DNA of 64,000 nucleotides. Source: Methanobacteriota archaeon (GTDB lineage: Archaea > Halobacteriota > Bog-38 > Methanoflorentales > Methanoflorentaceae). The notes beneath the pieces are model-generated. The model saw only the letters and a list, made by a program, of their open reading frames with translations, ran no database searches and was not told where the DNA came from. A program made the translations under genes and the position numbers. This document shows, in pieces, positions 29,451 to 41,541 of this stretch. The number at the start of each line of letters is the position of its first letter. Position 1 is the first letter of the stretch. Location of the stretch: contig OY970393.1 of assembly GCA_963720465.1 (NCBI GenBank), forward strand, positions 1,792,001-1,856,000, written 5' to 3'.

Positions 29451-32260
29451 CGGAATCCATTCGCATCAAGGGCGCTAAGGAGCACAATCTCAAGAACGTC
29501 GACGTTGAGATCCCGCGCGATAAGTTTGTGGTCATAACGGGGATCAGTGGTTCAGGGAAGTCATCGTTGGCCTTTGATACCATCTACGCCGAAGGACAGC
29601 GAAAGTACGTGGAATCGTTGTCCGCGTACGCCAGGCAGTTTCTTGGTCAGATGAAGAAGCCGGAGGTGGAGCACATCGACGGCTTGTCTCCGGCGATTTC
29701 GATCGACCAAAAAACGACGAGCAAGAATCCCCGTTCCACTGTGGGAACGGTCACCGAGATCTTTGACTACCTGCGGCTCATGTTCGCGCGCGTAGGAACG
29801 CCTCACTGCCCGCAGTGCGGCAAGGAGATCGCCCAGCAGACCGTGCAAGAAATCGTCGATCAGGTGATGCGGCTTCCCAAAGAGACGAACATTACGATAC
29901 TCGCCCCGGTCGTCAAGGACAAAAAGGGGGAACACCGGAAGATTTTGGAATTCCTGCTGAGTGACGGGTTCACACGAGCGCGCATCGATGCCGAGGTGCG
30001 TGAGCTCGATGAAGCCATCGACCTCGACAAGAACAAGCGCCATTCGATCGAGGTCGTCGCCGACCGACTTGCCATTGCTGACGAAGACCAGCAACGCCTC
30101 GCAGACTCGCTTGAGACGGCTCTCGTGCTCGGTGACGGCGTCGTTATCGTCGACGTCGCCGGCGCCGAAGAGCTCCTTTTCAGTGAGCACTTCGCCTGTC
30201 CCGAGTGCGGCATCAACATGGGAGAAATTGAGCCGCGCATGTTCTCGTTCAACAGCCCACATGGGGCGTGTCCGGCCTGCCACGGCCTAGGGTTTGAAAA
30301 GACCCTCGATGAGGACTTAGTCGTGCCCGACAAATCCCTCCCCGTCAGAAGAGCCATAGCTCCGTGGGCGAAATCGACGAGTGACTACTACCCGCAGTAC
30401 CTCTCGAGCGCAGCCAAACAGTTCCAGTTCAGTCTTGAAACGCCGTACGAAGAGCTTACCGGCGATCAGAAAAACCTGCTCCTCTACGGCTCGGGCAGCC
30501 AAAAAATGCAGTTTGAGTACGTCGGCCGACACGGTCACGTCCGCTTTCTCAGGCCGTTTGAGGGAGTGATCAAGAACCTGTCGCGTCGCTATCGCGAAAC
30601 TGACTCTGAGTACATCAGAGACGAGATTGAGAAGTATATGCGCCTGCGTGCGTGCGATGCGTGCAATGGCAAACGCCTTCAGCCTAAAGCTCTCGCCGTA
30701 ACCCTCAGCGATCGTTCTATAGCCGACGTCTCGGCCTTGTCAGTCGATGCCGCGCACGAGTTCTTTGAAACCTTGCGCCTCTCCAACGGGAAAATGACCA
30801 TCGCTGCTGAGGTCATCAAAGAGGTCAAAAAAAGGCTCAACTTTTTGCAAAACGTGGGCCTCAACTACCTGACGCTCGATCGAGCGAGCGAGACGCTTTC
30901 AGGCGGCGAGGCTCAGCGAATACGGCTCGCGACGCAAATCGGTTCTGGCCTCGTCGGGGTGCTTTATATCCTTGATGAGCCGAGTATCGGCCTCCACCAG
31001 CGCGACAATCTGCGGCTCATCGGGACGCTAAAGAGCCTTAGAGACCTTGGAAACACGCTCATCGTGGTTGAGCACGACGAGGAGATGATTCGTACAGCGG
31101 ACTACGTTATCGACATGGGGCCCGGCGCCGGAGAGCACGGAGGCGCCATCGTGGCGACCGGTACCCCGAGTGACATCGTAAGCGATCCTGAGTCCATAAC
31201 GGGACAGTACCTCAACCGCGTTAAGCGGATCGAGGTGCCGAAACGACGCCGCACCACGAACGGTAACGCGCTACGCATTGTCGGCGCGCGCCATAACAAC
31301 CTCAAGAACATAGACGTTGAGATCCCTCTCGGGATTTTCACGTGCGTCACCGGGGTCTCCGGATCAGGAAAAAGCACCCTTATCAATGATATCCTGCATC
31401 GTAAACTCGCCCAACAGCTGCACCGCGCGTATGGAAAGCCCGGCGATCACGATGACGTCTTGGGCATTCAGCACATCGACAAGGTGATCACGATCGATCA
31501 GTCGCCTATCGGGAGGACGCCGCGCTCGAATCCCGCTACCTACACGGGAGTGTTCGATTTCATCCGGGCCCTCTTCGCGCAGCTTCCCGACGCCAAGGCC
31601 CGAGGCTATCGGCCGGGCCGGTTCAGCTTCAACGTGAAAGGCGGTCGCTGCGAGGCGTGCAGGGGTGACGGAATCATAAAGATCGAGATGCATTTTTTGC
31701 CCGACGTCTACGTGCCGTGTGAGGTCTGCGAGGGGAAGCGCTATAACCGGGAAACTCTTGAAATTCGTTATAAGGGCAAGAATATCGCCGACGTGCTCGA
31801 TATGACCGTCGAAGAGGGCGTACACTTCTTTGAGAACATCCCGCGCATCAAGCAAAAGCTGCAGACGCTCTACGACGTGGGGCTGGGGTACATCAAGCTT
31901 GGGCAGCCGGCGACGACGCTCTCTGGTGGAGAGGCACAACGCGTCAAACTGGCCACCGAACTCAGTCGGCGGAGCACCGGCAAGACGTTCTACATTCTCG
32001 ACGAGCCGACGACCGGCCTGCACTTTGATGACATCAAGAAACTGCTCGCGGTGCTCGGCCGGCTCACCGACGCGGGGAATTCGGTGCTCGTCATCGAACA
32101 CAACCTCGACGTGATTAAGACAGCCGACTACATTATCGATCTGGGCCCCGAGGGGGGCGACGAAGGGGGGTATGTCGTCGCGCGGGGAACACCTGAGATG
32201 ATCGCCCGATCGGGCACGTACACCGGCGAGTTTCTCAAACGAGTGTTGAACGGATACTAA
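29447..32260 (+). CDS. uvrA: Excinuclease ABC subunit A
   Basis: Two ABC ATPase domains ([24 protein letters not shown] twice) and zinc fingers. Confidence 0.98.
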   Translation: MTESIRIKGAKEHNLKNVDVEIPRDKFVVITGISGSGKSSLAFDTIYAEGQRKYVESLSAYARQFLGQMKKPEVEHIDGLSPAISIDQKTTSKNPRSTVGTVTEIFDYLRLMFARVGTPHCPQCGKEIAQQTVQEIVDQVMRLPKETNITILAPVVKDKKGEHRKILEFLLSDGFTRARIDAEVRELDEAIDLDKNKRHSIEVVADRLAIADEDQQRLADSLETALVLGDGVVIVDVAGAEELLFSEHFACPECGINMGEIEPRMFSFNSPHGACPACHGLGFEKTLDEDLVVPDKSLPVRRAIAPWAKSTSDYYPQYLSSAAKQFQFSLETPYEELTGDQKNLLLYGSGSQKMQFEYVGRHGHVRFLRPFEGVIKNLSRRYRETDSEYIRDEIEKYMRLRACDACNGKRLQPKALAVTLSDRSIADVSALSVDAAHEFFETLRLSNGKMTIAAEVIKEVKKRLNFLQNVGLNYLTLDRASETLSGGEAQRIRLATQIGSGLVGVLYILDEPSIGLHQRDNLRLIGTLKSLRDLGNTLIVVEHDEEMIRTADYVIDMGPGAGEHGGAIVATGTPSDIVSDPESITGQYLNRVKRIEVPKRRRTTNGNALRIVGARHNNLKNIDVEIPLGIFTCVTGVSGSGKSTLINDILHRKLAQQLHRAYGKPGDHDDVLGIQHIDKVITIDQSPIGRTPRSNPATYTGVFDFIRALFAQLPDAKARGYRPGRFSFNVKGGRCEACRGDGIIKIEMHFLPDVYVPCEVCEGKRYNRETLEIRYKGKNIADVLDMTVEEGVHFFENIPRIKQKLQTLYDVGLGYIKLGQPATTLSGGEAQRVKLATELSRRSTGKTFYILDEPTTGLHFDDIKKLLAVLGRLTDAGNSVLVIEHNLDVIKTADYIIDLGPEGGDEGGYVVARGTPEMIARSGTYTGEFLKRVLNGY

Positions 32261-32265
32261 GAGCG

Positions 32266-34062
32266 ATGCCACCACCTGCAGTCACCGCGAGGCTTAACAA
32301 CCTGCCCAGCAGTCCGGGAGTCTACCTAATGAAGGACGCCGGCGGAAAAATCATCTACATCGGCAAGGCCGTCTCACTGAAGAACCGAATCCGAACGTAT
32401 TTTCACGCCACGCCAGCGGCGCCGCGAATGAGGGCGCTCGTCGAGCGGATCGACGACATCGAGTGGATCGTCACGAACACCGAAAAAGAGGCGCTTATCC
32501 TTGAGTCGAACCTTGTGAAGCTTCATAAGCCGCGATACAACGTTCGGCTGACTGATGACGGCAGCTTCCCGTACATCCGAATCACCGACGACCCGTATCC
32601 GAGCATCACCGTGACGCGCGTGGTGAGAAACGACGGATCGGCCTATTTCGGCCCGTACACGAGCGCACAGGCTACGCGTCAAAGCGTGAAGGCGCTGCGT
32701 CGGGCGTTCCCATTGCGCAGTTGCAGCAGAGATCTGCGGCGCGTTCTGAGACCGTGCCTCAGCTATCAACTCAAGCTGTGCGCCGCTCCCTGTGCGGGCA
32801 AAACGGATCCCGACGCGTATGCTCAACTTGTGACGGGCATACAGCGGTTTCTCGAAGGGCGACAAGACGACATTCTCACTGAGCTCAAGCGCGAGATGAA
32901 CGGCGCGGCAATGGACATGGAGTTCGAGCGCGCAGCAACGTTGCGCGATCGCATAGCCGTTCTCGAAAGCGTGCGAGAGCAGCAGTACGTCGAGCCGCGT
33001 CGCGGCGACGAAGACGTCATCGCAATCGCCCGCGGAGGCCCACAGGCGTGCGCGCTCATACTCATGGTCCGTGAAGGGAGGGTCACGGGGCAACAATCGT
33101 ACACGCTCAGAGGGACCGAAGGCGCCGAGACGACTGAACTGATGACAGCGTTTGTCAAGCAACACTACTTGCACCTCGAAAGGCCCAACGTCCCGAAGGG
33201 CATTCTTCTCGAGCACGCGATCGAGGAAGCGGACGCCATCGAAAATCTCCTCACCGAGATCAGAGGAAGCCGCGTCCACGTGAGCGTTCCACGGGCCGGA
33301 CCGAAGGCGAAGCTCGTCGCGCTTGCGCACAAGAACGCTGAATCAATGCTTAAGAAGCCAACGGCGGCCGATTCGCTGTACGTTCTCAAAGACGCCCTTC
33401 GACTGCGCTCGTACCCTTACCGGATCGAAGCGTTCGACGTGTCAAACCTCGGCGGTGCCGAGGCGATGGGGTCGATGGCTGTATTCATCGACGGAACGCC
33501 AAAGGTTAGCGAGTATCGCTCGTACAAGATCAGAAGTGTCGCTGTGATTGACGATTATGCGATGCTCAAGGAGATTGTCGGCCGGCGATATCGAGAACGT
33601 GAGGGCAGCGCGGATCTCATCGTGATTGACGGAGGAAAGGGACAGGTGAGTGCGGTCAAGGATACTCTGACGATGCTCGGATTGAGGATCCCCCTCGTCG
33701 GCCTCGCAAAGCGCGAAGAGCTCGTTTACGTGCCTGGCCGGTCAGCGCCGGTCGCGGTGCCGCAGATCGCGCTCAACGTGCTAATGCGCGTTCGTGATGA
33801 GGCGCATAAAACGGCCATCAGGAGACATCGCAACTTCCGTTCGCGTAGGTTCTTGGAGAGCGCGCTGGATCAAATCCCCGGCGTCGGCAAACGGCGAAAA
33901 GTCGAGCTTCTCAAACGGTTTGGATCTGTGGCTCAGCTCAAAAAGGCGAGCGTGGAAGAGATCCAATCCGTGCCAGCCGTTGACAAGACGACCGCCTACA
34001 GCGTGTTCAGTTATTTTGACGAGCGGCAGAAGGTCCCCAGAATGCCCGCCCCAAGCACCTGA
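32266..34062 (+). CDS. uvrC: Excinuclease ABC subunit C
   Basis: GIY-YIG (GVY...YIGKA), RNase H-like FDVS/IDGGKGQ, C-terminal HhH. Confidence 0.97.
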   Translation: MPPPAVTARLNNLPSSPGVYLMKDAGGKIIYIGKAVSLKNRIRTYFHATPAAPRMRALVERIDDIEWIVTNTEKEALILESNLVKLHKPRYNVRLTDDGSFPYIRITDDPYPSITVTRVVRNDGSAYFGPYTSAQATRQSVKALRRAFPLRSCSRDLRRVLRPCLSYQLKLCAAPCAGKTDPDAYAQLVTGIQRFLEGRQDDILTELKREMNGAAMDMEFERAATLRDRIAVLESVREQQYVEPRRGDEDVIAIARGGPQACALILMVREGRVTGQQSYTLRGTEGAETTELMTAFVKQHYLHLERPNVPKGILLEHAIEEADAIENLLTEIRGSRVHVSVPRAGPKAKLVALAHKNAESMLKKPTAADSLYVLKDALRLRSYPYRIEAFDVSNLGGAEAMGSMAVFIDGTPKVSEYRSYKIRSVAVIDDYAMLKEIVGRRYREREGSADLIVIDGGKGQVSAVKDTLTMLGLRIPLVGLAKREELVYVPGRSAPVAVPQIALNVLMRVRDEAHKTAIRRHRNFRSRRFLESALDQIPGVGKRRKVELLKRFGSVAQLKKASVEEIQSVPAVDKTTAYSVFSYFDERQKVPRMPAPST

Positions 34063-34064
34063 CA

Positions 34065-34382
34065 TGACGAACGCGTCAACGAGGAGACGTTATGGAAGCG
34101 TAGCGTCGCAGACTTGTTTTCGACCCCGTTACCACCCCTTATCACGGCGCAGAACGAAGCAATACGGTAATATTCGCGGTGTGATCTTTTATGCGAAGCC
34201 ATGACGTCTTAAGCGGAATCTGTGGGCGGCTAGAGCAACTAGAGCCCAAAGGGGTTCGCATGGCAGTACCAGTAGCGCCAGCAGATGTAAGGAGTCGCCG
34301 CGTCGTCTGTCTCGACGTTCCCTCGCAACGTTCTCTTTTGCGCGGTCGGGGGCACGTTTGCCAATCCCCGGAAGAGACTTAA
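34065..34382 (+). pseudogene. Decayed 3' fragment of a phosphoribosyltransferase-family gene
   Basis: AVPVAPAD...VVCLDVP, then LFCAVG after a frameshift; stops upstream. Confidence 0.5.
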
Positions 34383-34527
34383 TTCGGGAGCGCTTTTGAA
34401 GTCATAATTCCGACAAGAAGCAGCAGAAGCGACGATTCGGCCCAAGTTCGGGTCTGCCGTCTTTGGGCTGCGAAGGACTGTAAGGGGACAACTCTTTGAT
34501 CTACATCATCTCAACCGGGGCACGCAG

Positions 34528-35541
34528 GTGAATGTTCTTCTCTTCATTGTCAGCTTCGCACTCATCTTCATCGGCAGCAGTCTCTTTACGAATGGCGTGG
34601 AATGGATCGGGCGCAAGTTCAATCTTTCTGAGGGCGTCGTAGGTTCGGTGTTGGCCGCTATAGGAACGGCGTTGCCCGAAACGATCATCCCCATTATTGC
34701 AATTTTTTTTGTCGCTGGAACGACTGGACAGGATATAGGCATTGGAGCGATCTTAGGCGCCCCGTTCATGCTGGGAACCCTCGCGCTGTTTATTACCGGC
34801 ATGGCCGTCCTCATTTTGAGACGCCGTCGGGCGATGGGAGCAAAAATCAACTTTGACAGCCAAGTAACGCGGCGTGATTTGAGCGTCTTTTTCCTCGTTT
34901 ATTTAGGTGCTGTAACCGTCGCTCTCATCGCACCTCAGCAGACGAAAGCGCTCATAGCGCCCCTCTTTGTGGCCATTTATGTCGTGTACGTATGGCGCGT
35001 ATTCAAGACCGGCAAGGGGTCGTCAGACGCACCGTTGCAGCCACTGACGCTTGACTCGTGGGCAGCGCGGCTAAAAAGCGTCACTGCGCGCCAGACCCCC
35101 TCGATGTGGCTCGTGCTCGGACAAACCGCGTTATCGCTAGTCCTCATCATAGCAGGCGCGCAGGTCTTTGTGAATCAGATTGTCAATCTCGCCGAGCAGC
35201 TCCACGCAAGTGCTACGCTGCTTGCGCTTGTTATCGCACCCATTGCAACAGAGTTGCCTGAGAAGCTCAATAGCGTGCTGTGGGTCAGCCAAGGCAAGGA
35301 TGCGCTCGCCTTGGGGAATATAACGGGGGCAATGGTTTTCCAGAGTTGTATTCCAGTGGCATTTGGCGTAGCGTTCACGTCGTGGGTGCTTGGGCCCATT
35401 GAGCTCCTAAGCGCTGTAATTGCTCTCACAGCGGGTCTTTGGGTCTGCGTGCTTGCGGCCAAAGCGAAGCTAACGGCACCAGCGCTCATCTTCAATGGGG
35501 TCCTTTACCTGCTGTTCCTGGCGGTCGTACTTCGCGGTTAG
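34528..35541 (+). CDS. Ca2+/cation antiporter (CaCA, Na/Ca exchanger family)
   Basis: Two alpha repeats, GTALPE and ATELPE; about 10 TM segments. Confidence 0.88.
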   Translation: MNVLLFIVSFALIFIGSSLFTNGVEWIGRKFNLSEGVVGSVLAAIGTALPETIIPIIAIFFVAGTTGQDIGIGAILGAPFMLGTLALFITGMAVLILRRRRAMGAKINFDSQVTRRDLSVFFLVYLGAVTVALIAPQQTKALIAPLFVAIYVVYVWRVFKTGKGSSDAPLQPLTLDSWAARLKSVTARQTPSMWLVLGQTALSLVLIIAGAQVFVNQIVNLAEQLHASATLLALVIAPIATELPEKLNSVLWVSQGKDALALGNITGAMVFQSCIPVAFGVAFTSWVLGPIELLSAVIALTAGLWVCVLAAKAKLTAPALIFNGVLYLLFLAVVLRG

Positions 35542-35720
35542 CAGTATTAGATCAAAAGTCTCGTCCAAGTTTTCCGACCTCCTCGATGATCTTTGGTCAG
35601 GCGGGGTGCTTGGCTCTTGCTGCTTCACGAACGTATGCGAACGTAATTAAATTCCGTCAAATCGTTCGCTAAAAAAAAAAAAAAAACGAAAAGACTAGTT
35701 CACCACGCCCGCAATCCAAT

Positions 35721-36214
35721 TCAAACGATCTTGCTGACTTGGCTGCTAATGTACGGGTATGCATCGAATGTCTGGCTGAAGGGAACGCTGACATCGATAA
35801 AGAGGGGATGCACGGTGACGACCCCGTTTACATTCATCGTCAAGCTTTTTGCCAAGAGAGCTTGCACTACGGTGCTGAGTGAGCGCCGAAGTAAACAGTT
35901 GATTGTATTGGAATGTCGACGCTCCCGCGCACCGGGACTTGGATTCCGTCTGACGAGCCGGTGCTCAAGACCTGGTTGCTGGAGGTCAATACGAGGTTGT
36001 ACGTAATGGATTTGATGTTAACGTCTACGACATTCGGGTTATACAGCGTTATCACAAACGTTAGCGTGAAGCCCGAACGTGACACGTTGTCGATCGAGGG
36101 TACCGACACCCCCTGCACTTGAGGGGCCTGGAGCGTCAATACAAAAGCGGCCCCGGCGATAGCAATAACGATGATGACGACGGCTATTACGGCGGCGATA
36201 GTCCTTCTCCGCAT
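35721..36214 (-). pseudogene. LEA_2/WHy-domain membrane-anchored protein with a frameshift near 35885
   Basis: N-terminal TM and YNPN motif; a coherent C-terminus (LSTVVQALLAKSLTMNVNG...VPFSQTF) continues in another frame to TGA at 35721. Confidence 0.75.
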
Positions 36215-36504
36215 AGCTAAAAAATAGCCCTTTTGACCATATAGGAACCGAAATGATTGATCAGGCCTGTTTCAGAGCTAAGAAGCACGTTGGGGCCACG
36301 CGTGCACCTGAAATGCGCCACGGCCGAAGTTTAGTCTATCTGTAAGGAACACCAATATACTTCCTGGCTGCCTTCGCTTGACGAAGGGAAAAGCATAATA
36401 TCACTCTCCTGCTTATATGTTCGACATGGTGCACTCCTTCTGTTCAGTGCTAACCGAGTGCGCGCAAACCACAGCGTAATGTTCGAAATGCGAGGCGAGC
36501 ACGA

Positions 36505-36855
36505 ATGCAATACGAGCACGTCACTAGGCACGAGTGGGAGCGAACCGCCCTTTACTTTGCCGTCGGGATGCTACTAATTGTAACAGGCGCAATTTTTCTC
36601 TTTGCTATCAACCGTATTATAGGAGCAATCCTCTGGTTTGCCCTCGTCGCCGTCGTGCTCGTGGCGCTGGTCAGCTGGCACACGAAAACGTACGCGTACC
36701 GCTGCAAACAGTGCGGAGAGGAATTCGAGATATCGGGTGTGACGAATTTCGTAAGTCCACAGGGCATAGGCAAGGATGGCGCGTGGAAGTTCCTGAGATG
36801 CCCGCGATGCAAGAAACTCGAACGCGCCGAGGTCATAAAGAAAGTCAAGCCGTGA
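36505..36855 (+). CDS. Two-TM protein with C-terminal zinc ribbon
   Basis: Two hydrophobic helices followed by CKQC...CPRC. Confidence 0.8.
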   Translation: MQYEHVTRHEWERTALYFAVGMLLIVTGAIFLFAINRIIGAILWFALVAVVLVALVSWHTKTYAYRCKQCGEEFEISGVTNFVSPQGIGKDGAWKFLRCPRCKKLERAEVIKKVKP

Positions 36856-37160
36856 CGTCCGCGCTGCGCATGCGTCGCTTCGCGCTCCAACAGACAATAT
36901 GCGGTTTTTATCGAAGCCATTCGCTGCTTTTGACCAGCAATGCGCGTTCTCAAGAGTCGCGAGAATCATCCGCAAAGCTGCAGCGTGCACTATGCGTCGA
37001 AGACTCGCCCCGCGACCCTCAAGGCTTTGGAAAAGAGAAAAAAGGGGATCGCATCAAGCCATTAAGACACCGGTGTGTGCGGCGCTTCGGTGTGCTGAGT
37101 GTGGTTTGGTTTCCTGCGCAACCGCGCTTATCGTCATAAAAGCAACCGAGTTGATCGTAA

Positions 37161-37949
37161 TTACAGTGTTGCCTCTACTTCCAGCCGCACCATTTGCACG
37201 TGGACGCGCCAGTTTTCATCTGCTGGGCGTCGCTCAATGTATCCACTGGCGATCTGTTCCACAAAATCCTCGCGCAAGGCTTCCGGAAGGCGCCCCGTGT
37301 AAGGGAGGAAGACGGTGCGCACCCAGCCCTTGAGTGCCTCTTTCCCATCGTGCACCATGTCCTTCGGGATAAGCTCAACACGTTCTGGTGAGAGGCCAAC
37401 GCGGTCAATAAACGCTCGATACTCTTCTACGCCGTAAAAGAACCAAGGATAGGTGAATCCCACAAAATAACCTTTCCAGCGTCTGTCAGTGGTAAGCTCG
37501 TTTGCGACATCTGAGATCAATGCGGCATTGCCGTCCCCCCCGAACTGCAGCAGCGTCCGCCCAGACGGCGTAAGCGCCCGTTTTATGCCGGCAAGCACAG
37601 CGAGGTGGTCACGTATCCAGTGAAGGCTTGCAAACGACACAACCAGGTCGAACTCGTGACGGTACGTCAGGCGCGTTGCATTTCCAAGGCGAAACTGCAG
37701 ATTGTGGAAAAACACCGGAGGGAACCGGCGGAGGGCGAATTCGATCATCGTTTCAGAGCTGTCAATGCCTAGCACCGATCCATCCGGAATGCGTGCCGCA
37801 AGCTCTGCGGTCACCTTCCCATCGCCACACCCGATGTCGAGCACCCGTTCATCACCTGTAAGGCTCAGGGCTCGAATTGCGTCACGCGCCCACTGCTGCT
37901 GGGACGAAGAATGTCGTTCATAGTCGGCAGCGTCCCATTGATACCTCAT
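37161..37949 (-). CDS. Class I SAM methyltransferase (trans-aconitate methyltransferase-like)
   Basis: WDAADY, VLDIGCGDG, FDLVVS..SLHW. Confidence 0.88.
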   Translation of the reverse strand: MRYQWDAADYERHSSSQQQWARDAIRALSLTGDERVLDIGCGDGKVTAELAARIPDGSVLGIDSSETMIEFALRRFPPVFFHNLQFRLGNATRLTYRHEFDLVVSFASLHWIRDHLAVLAGIKRALTPSGRTLLQFGGDGNAALISDVANELTTDRRWKGYFVGFTYPWFFYGVEEYRAFIDRVGLSPERVELIPKDMVHDGKEALKGWVRTVFLPYTGRLPEALREDFVEQIASGYIERRPADENWRVHVQMVRLEVEATL

Positions 37950-38192
37950 GTTTTCAATCTCCGGTCTCCGTTTATTTCTTTAGTTGTTTGCGTTCTGTTT
38001 CCCTCGTTTTAAGAAGGATTACCAGCGAAGCGAGCTCTGCAATTAGATTCGCTGCTCAGATTTCGCGACGACCTGTGCGGCAGAGCTACTCTCTTGGAGT
38101 GCTGGCATAGATTCGACGAACGCATTGAACTGGTCGGTCCCATTTTTTGAGCGAGGTAGCCGTCTGGTGTCGACAAGCACGATTTGGATCAG

Positions 38193-39212
38193 TTAGGCCT
38201 CCAACACGACTCGATAATGTGCGGCGTTGCTGCGCACGCGTTCCACCGCGCTGTTTACGTCTGCGCAAGAGAAGATCTCTGTTTTTGCAGCAATGCCATG
38301 ACGGGCTGCAAACGCAAGCATCTCTTGCGTCACAGCTCTCCCGCCTGTTACGCTCCCGCCGATCGATTTTTGGCCGGCAACGAGAAGCGCAGTGGGGGTC
38401 GCCACCCCACCTTCTTCCTCGTTGGAAGACAGTCGACTGACGATCGTCAACTTGCCATTGGGCCGCAGCGCCTCTACATAAGCGGCCCACGGAAGGGGTG
38501 CAGTGGCCGTTGCTAATATGAAATCGAGTGTTCGCACAGTCCGTCGCATTTGCGCCGGGTCGCGGCTTATTACAAAGTGATCGGCGCCAAATGCGGCTGC
38601 GTCGCCCTCTTTTTCAGGGTCCGTCGAGAACGCAGTCACTTCGCAGCCCATAGCGTGGGCGAATTGCAGGGCCAGGTGCCCGAGTCCGCCGATCCCAACG
38701 ACGCCGACGTGATGATGTGGTCGTACGCCGTAGCGCCTCATCGGCGCGTACACCGTAACGCCTGCGCACAGGAGCGGTGCTGCGCCTGCCGAATCGAGCG
38801 ACTCCGGGATGGAGAAGGTAAAGCGGCTATCAGTGCGAACGAAATTGGCGAATCCACCGTGCCGCCGCACACACGTGAGCACTTTGCTCTGGCACAGGTT
38901 CTCGTAGCCGTTCAGACACCACTCACAGCGCAAGCAGCTGCCTGATTGCCACCCGACGCCGACTCGCTCACCAATTTTGAGTTGCTCAACGGCCGATCCA
39001 GCGGCGGCCACAGTGCCCACGATTTCGTGTCCTGGCACGAGGGGGTAATGCGAGATATTCCAGTCGTTATCAATGAGGTGAACATCGCTGTGGCAGATGC
39101 CACAGTGGCTCACTTTGATGTCGACGTCGTACGGGCCCCGGTTATGAAGCTCATAATCAAAAGGCTGCAGCGCAGCCTTTGGCGCTCGCGCAGCAACTGC
39201 GTGGATTCGCAT
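38193..39212 (-). CDS. Zn-dependent NAD(P) alcohol dehydrogenase (CAD/Ahr-like)
   Basis: CGICHSD, GHEIVG, C..C..C.......C, GIGGLG. Confidence 0.92.
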   Translation of the reverse strand: MRIHAVAARAPKAALQPFDYELHNRGPYDVDIKVSHCGICHSDVHLIDNDWNISHYPLVPGHEIVGTVAAAGSAVEQLKIGERVGVGWQSGSCLRCEWCLNGYENLCQSKVLTCVRRHGGFANFVRTDSRFTFSIPESLDSAGAAPLLCAGVTVYAPMRRYGVRPHHHVGVVGIGGLGHLALQFAHAMGCEVTAFSTDPEKEGDAAAFGADHFVISRDPAQMRRTVRTLDFILATATAPLPWAAYVEALRPNGKLTIVSRLSSNEEEGGVATPTALLVAGQKSIGGSVTGGRAVTQEMLAFAARHGIAAKTEIFSCADVNSAVERVRSNAAHYRVVLEA

Positions 39213-39395
39213 GGTTTGTTACAGTCGGTGTATGCCGTCCACCGCATTTTAGTTTTTGGTTACCGCAAGCAGCTGGTGCATCTGGATGGCTTTTCAGAGC
39301 AGCGCGCATTCCCTCGAGCTGTTCAAGCTGCGCTAAAGTGTTATATATCAAAAAGCATAGCTTCAGATATATTGTAAAAGGAAGAGGTCTCTATC

Positions 39396-39908
39396 GTGCC
39401 GAGACGAATATGGAAACAATGGGCCCAAGATCAGTTTCTGGGCGTCGCGCAATTTGGGCCCCTGAGGATGGAGCGCGGCAACATCAAGTTTTTTGTACTC
39501 ATGACACTACGCGACCAACCGCTCCACGGATATGGCATTATTAAGGCTATTGAGGATGTGAGCGGCCACGCCCCAAGCGCAGGCGTGATCTATCCAACTT
39601 TGCAGATGCTTGAGGACCAAGGTTGCGTCGCTATGAACGAGGAGGAGAACAAGAAGATCTACGTCATAACCGATGCTGGTAGACGCTTCCTGGACGAGCA
39701 TCGCGACACGGTTGAGCGGCTGAGTACGCGCGCCGCTCAGCCAAGATGGAGCTGGCTTCCCGGAGTCGGGCGCCGTATCGGGGAAATTTCCCGCACGATC
39801 TTTTCCAACTATTCGTACCTTGATGACGAGAAGATACAGCAGATCGAGCACATTCTTGATGAGGCAAGAAGACAGATCGGCGAAGTGATTTTTGCGAGAA
39901 AGCGTTAA
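39396..39908 (+). CDS. PadR family transcriptional regulator, divergent from the ADH gene
   Basis: HGYGII...PSAGVIYPTLQMLED.G...Y.ITDAG. Confidence 0.9.
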   Translation: MPRRIWKQWAQDQFLGVAQFGPLRMERGNIKFFVLMTLRDQPLHGYGIIKAIEDVSGHAPSAGVIYPTLQMLEDQGCVAMNEEENKKIYVITDAGRRFLDEHRDTVERLSTRAAQPRWSWLPGVGRRIGEISRTIFSNYSYLDDEKIQQIEHILDEARRQIGEVIFARKR

Positions 39909-40040
39909 GACGGCGCGGTTTTTTTCTTCCAAAAGAACTCGGCCGGCTGCGTCGAGCGCGCCGCGATAAGGTTTTTTGCGCGAAAAAGCAGCCAGCTAAA
40001 CCCCTTTGTCCACACGTCAGTTTCGCGAGGGACGACGAGT

Positions 40041-41329
40041 TTGAAAGAGTCGAGTGATGCGGCAGTGCTCGAAACGGAAGCTGCGGTCTCCGCCTCAGCG
40101 GGCATCCCTCCTCGGAAGCTTCTCAGGTCGCAGACGGTCAAGGCGCTGCACTACCGCAGCTTTGCCCTCCTTTGGATCGGCATGATCCTGTCGAACGTCG
40201 GCACGTGAGTGCAGGTCATTGCGCAGTCCCTGCTCGTCCTGCAGCTCACGAATAACTCTGGGCTCGCGCTGGGCCTGATTTCATTTGTCCAGGCGGCCCC
40301 ATTCCTAGTGTTTTCCCTCGTGGGCGGGAGCACGGCCGACAGGGTGGACAAGCGGCGACTTCTGCTTGTTACACAAAGCCTACAAATCGTCTATGCTTTA
40401 CGCTGGGCGCCCTCACGATCACCGGGTTAGTCCAGTTCTGGCAAATCGCCATGCTTGCCATGCTGGCGGGGATCACGCTCAGCTTTGATCAACCGACTCG
40501 ATTTGCGCTTATTCCGGGGCTCGTGCCCAAGGAAGATCTCCCCAACGCTATAGCCCTAAACGCGATTGTGTTCAACGGCGCCGCTATCGTGGGACCGGCG
40601 CTAGGCGGCGCCCTGGTGATAGTCATTGGCTATGCGGGCGACTTTTTCCTGAACGGGTTGAGTTACGTCGCTGTCCTCATCGCAATCCTGCTCATGAGCT
40701 TTCCCAAGGTGGCCGGTACGAGCACGAGCTCGCTGCTCCGTGACATACGCAGGGGTCTCGGCTACGTACTACACGAGCCACTTTTGGCACAGCTGCTCGC
40801 CAATTATGGTTCCCTAATGTTCTTCGCTGCTGTCTATACCGTGCTGCTCGCGCTCGTCGGCGTGGCGGTCCTCGGAACCAGTCCTGGGCAGCTTGGCGTG
40901 CTGTACACCGCGATAGGGATCGGCACCGTCGTGGGTTCTCTTGGCGTCGCATCTCTCGGCGACTTTGCGCACAAAGGCCGGCTCTTGACGGTGTCCTCGC
41001 TTTTGATGTCATCTTCTGTGATCATTTTTTCGCTCCTGCACCTCTACTGGGTCTCGTTTGCATTGCTGGTGGTTATAGGTGTCTCGCAAACCGTCTCGTC
41101 GGCCCTCTCAATCACGCTTCTCCAGCTCAACGCTCCCAGGAACATGATCGGATTCGTTATGAGCATAAATACGCTCATCGTCATGGGAATCAGACCCCTT
41201 GGAGCGTTTCCGTTCGGAGCATTGGCTGACGTCATCGGGACATCCTCTGCACTTGCCGCAGGTGCTCTTGTAGCGGCTGCGATTAGCATTTACCTTTTTG
41301 CCTCAAATAGCAGGCTGCGCTCTGCGTGA
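40041..41329 (+). pseudogene. MFS (DHA3/MFS_3-like) transporter with a nonsense codon and a frameshift
   Basis: FALLWIGMILSNVGT*VQ (TGA at 40206-40208); ADRVDKRRLL motif A; frameshift near 40400 joins the 40451..41329 frame. Confidence 0.85.
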
Positions 41330-41541
41330 TGGCATATCTTTTTTGGAAATGCGTGCTTGAAAAAGAGCGATATGACGTCTTGGCCCGAAAGCGTGCTTCA
41401 CAGCGGATGAAGCGAAATTACACGTTGCCGGCAACCCTCAAGCGACTATCAAAGAGTTTTTTTTGCGCTGCCGGAATCGCCAGCCCGAGTCTTACTAAGG
41501 TAAGGGCAAGTCATACCCACGGCACACCACAGGTTAGCCTG

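Noticed and set aside
29561-33330. Long antisense ORFs (240-318 aa) within uvrA and uvrC, and similar ones elsewhere
   Set aside because: Shadow ORFs caused by GC-rich codon usage of the real genes.
35671-35686. Long poly-A run
   Set aside because: It reads as an oligo-T terminator for the minus-strand LEA gene; its length may be an artefact.
40206-40208. In-frame TGA in the MFS gene as selenocysteine or recoding
   Set aside because: It sits at a probable Trp position (TGG to TGA) and the gene also has a frameshift, so pseudogenisation is simpler.
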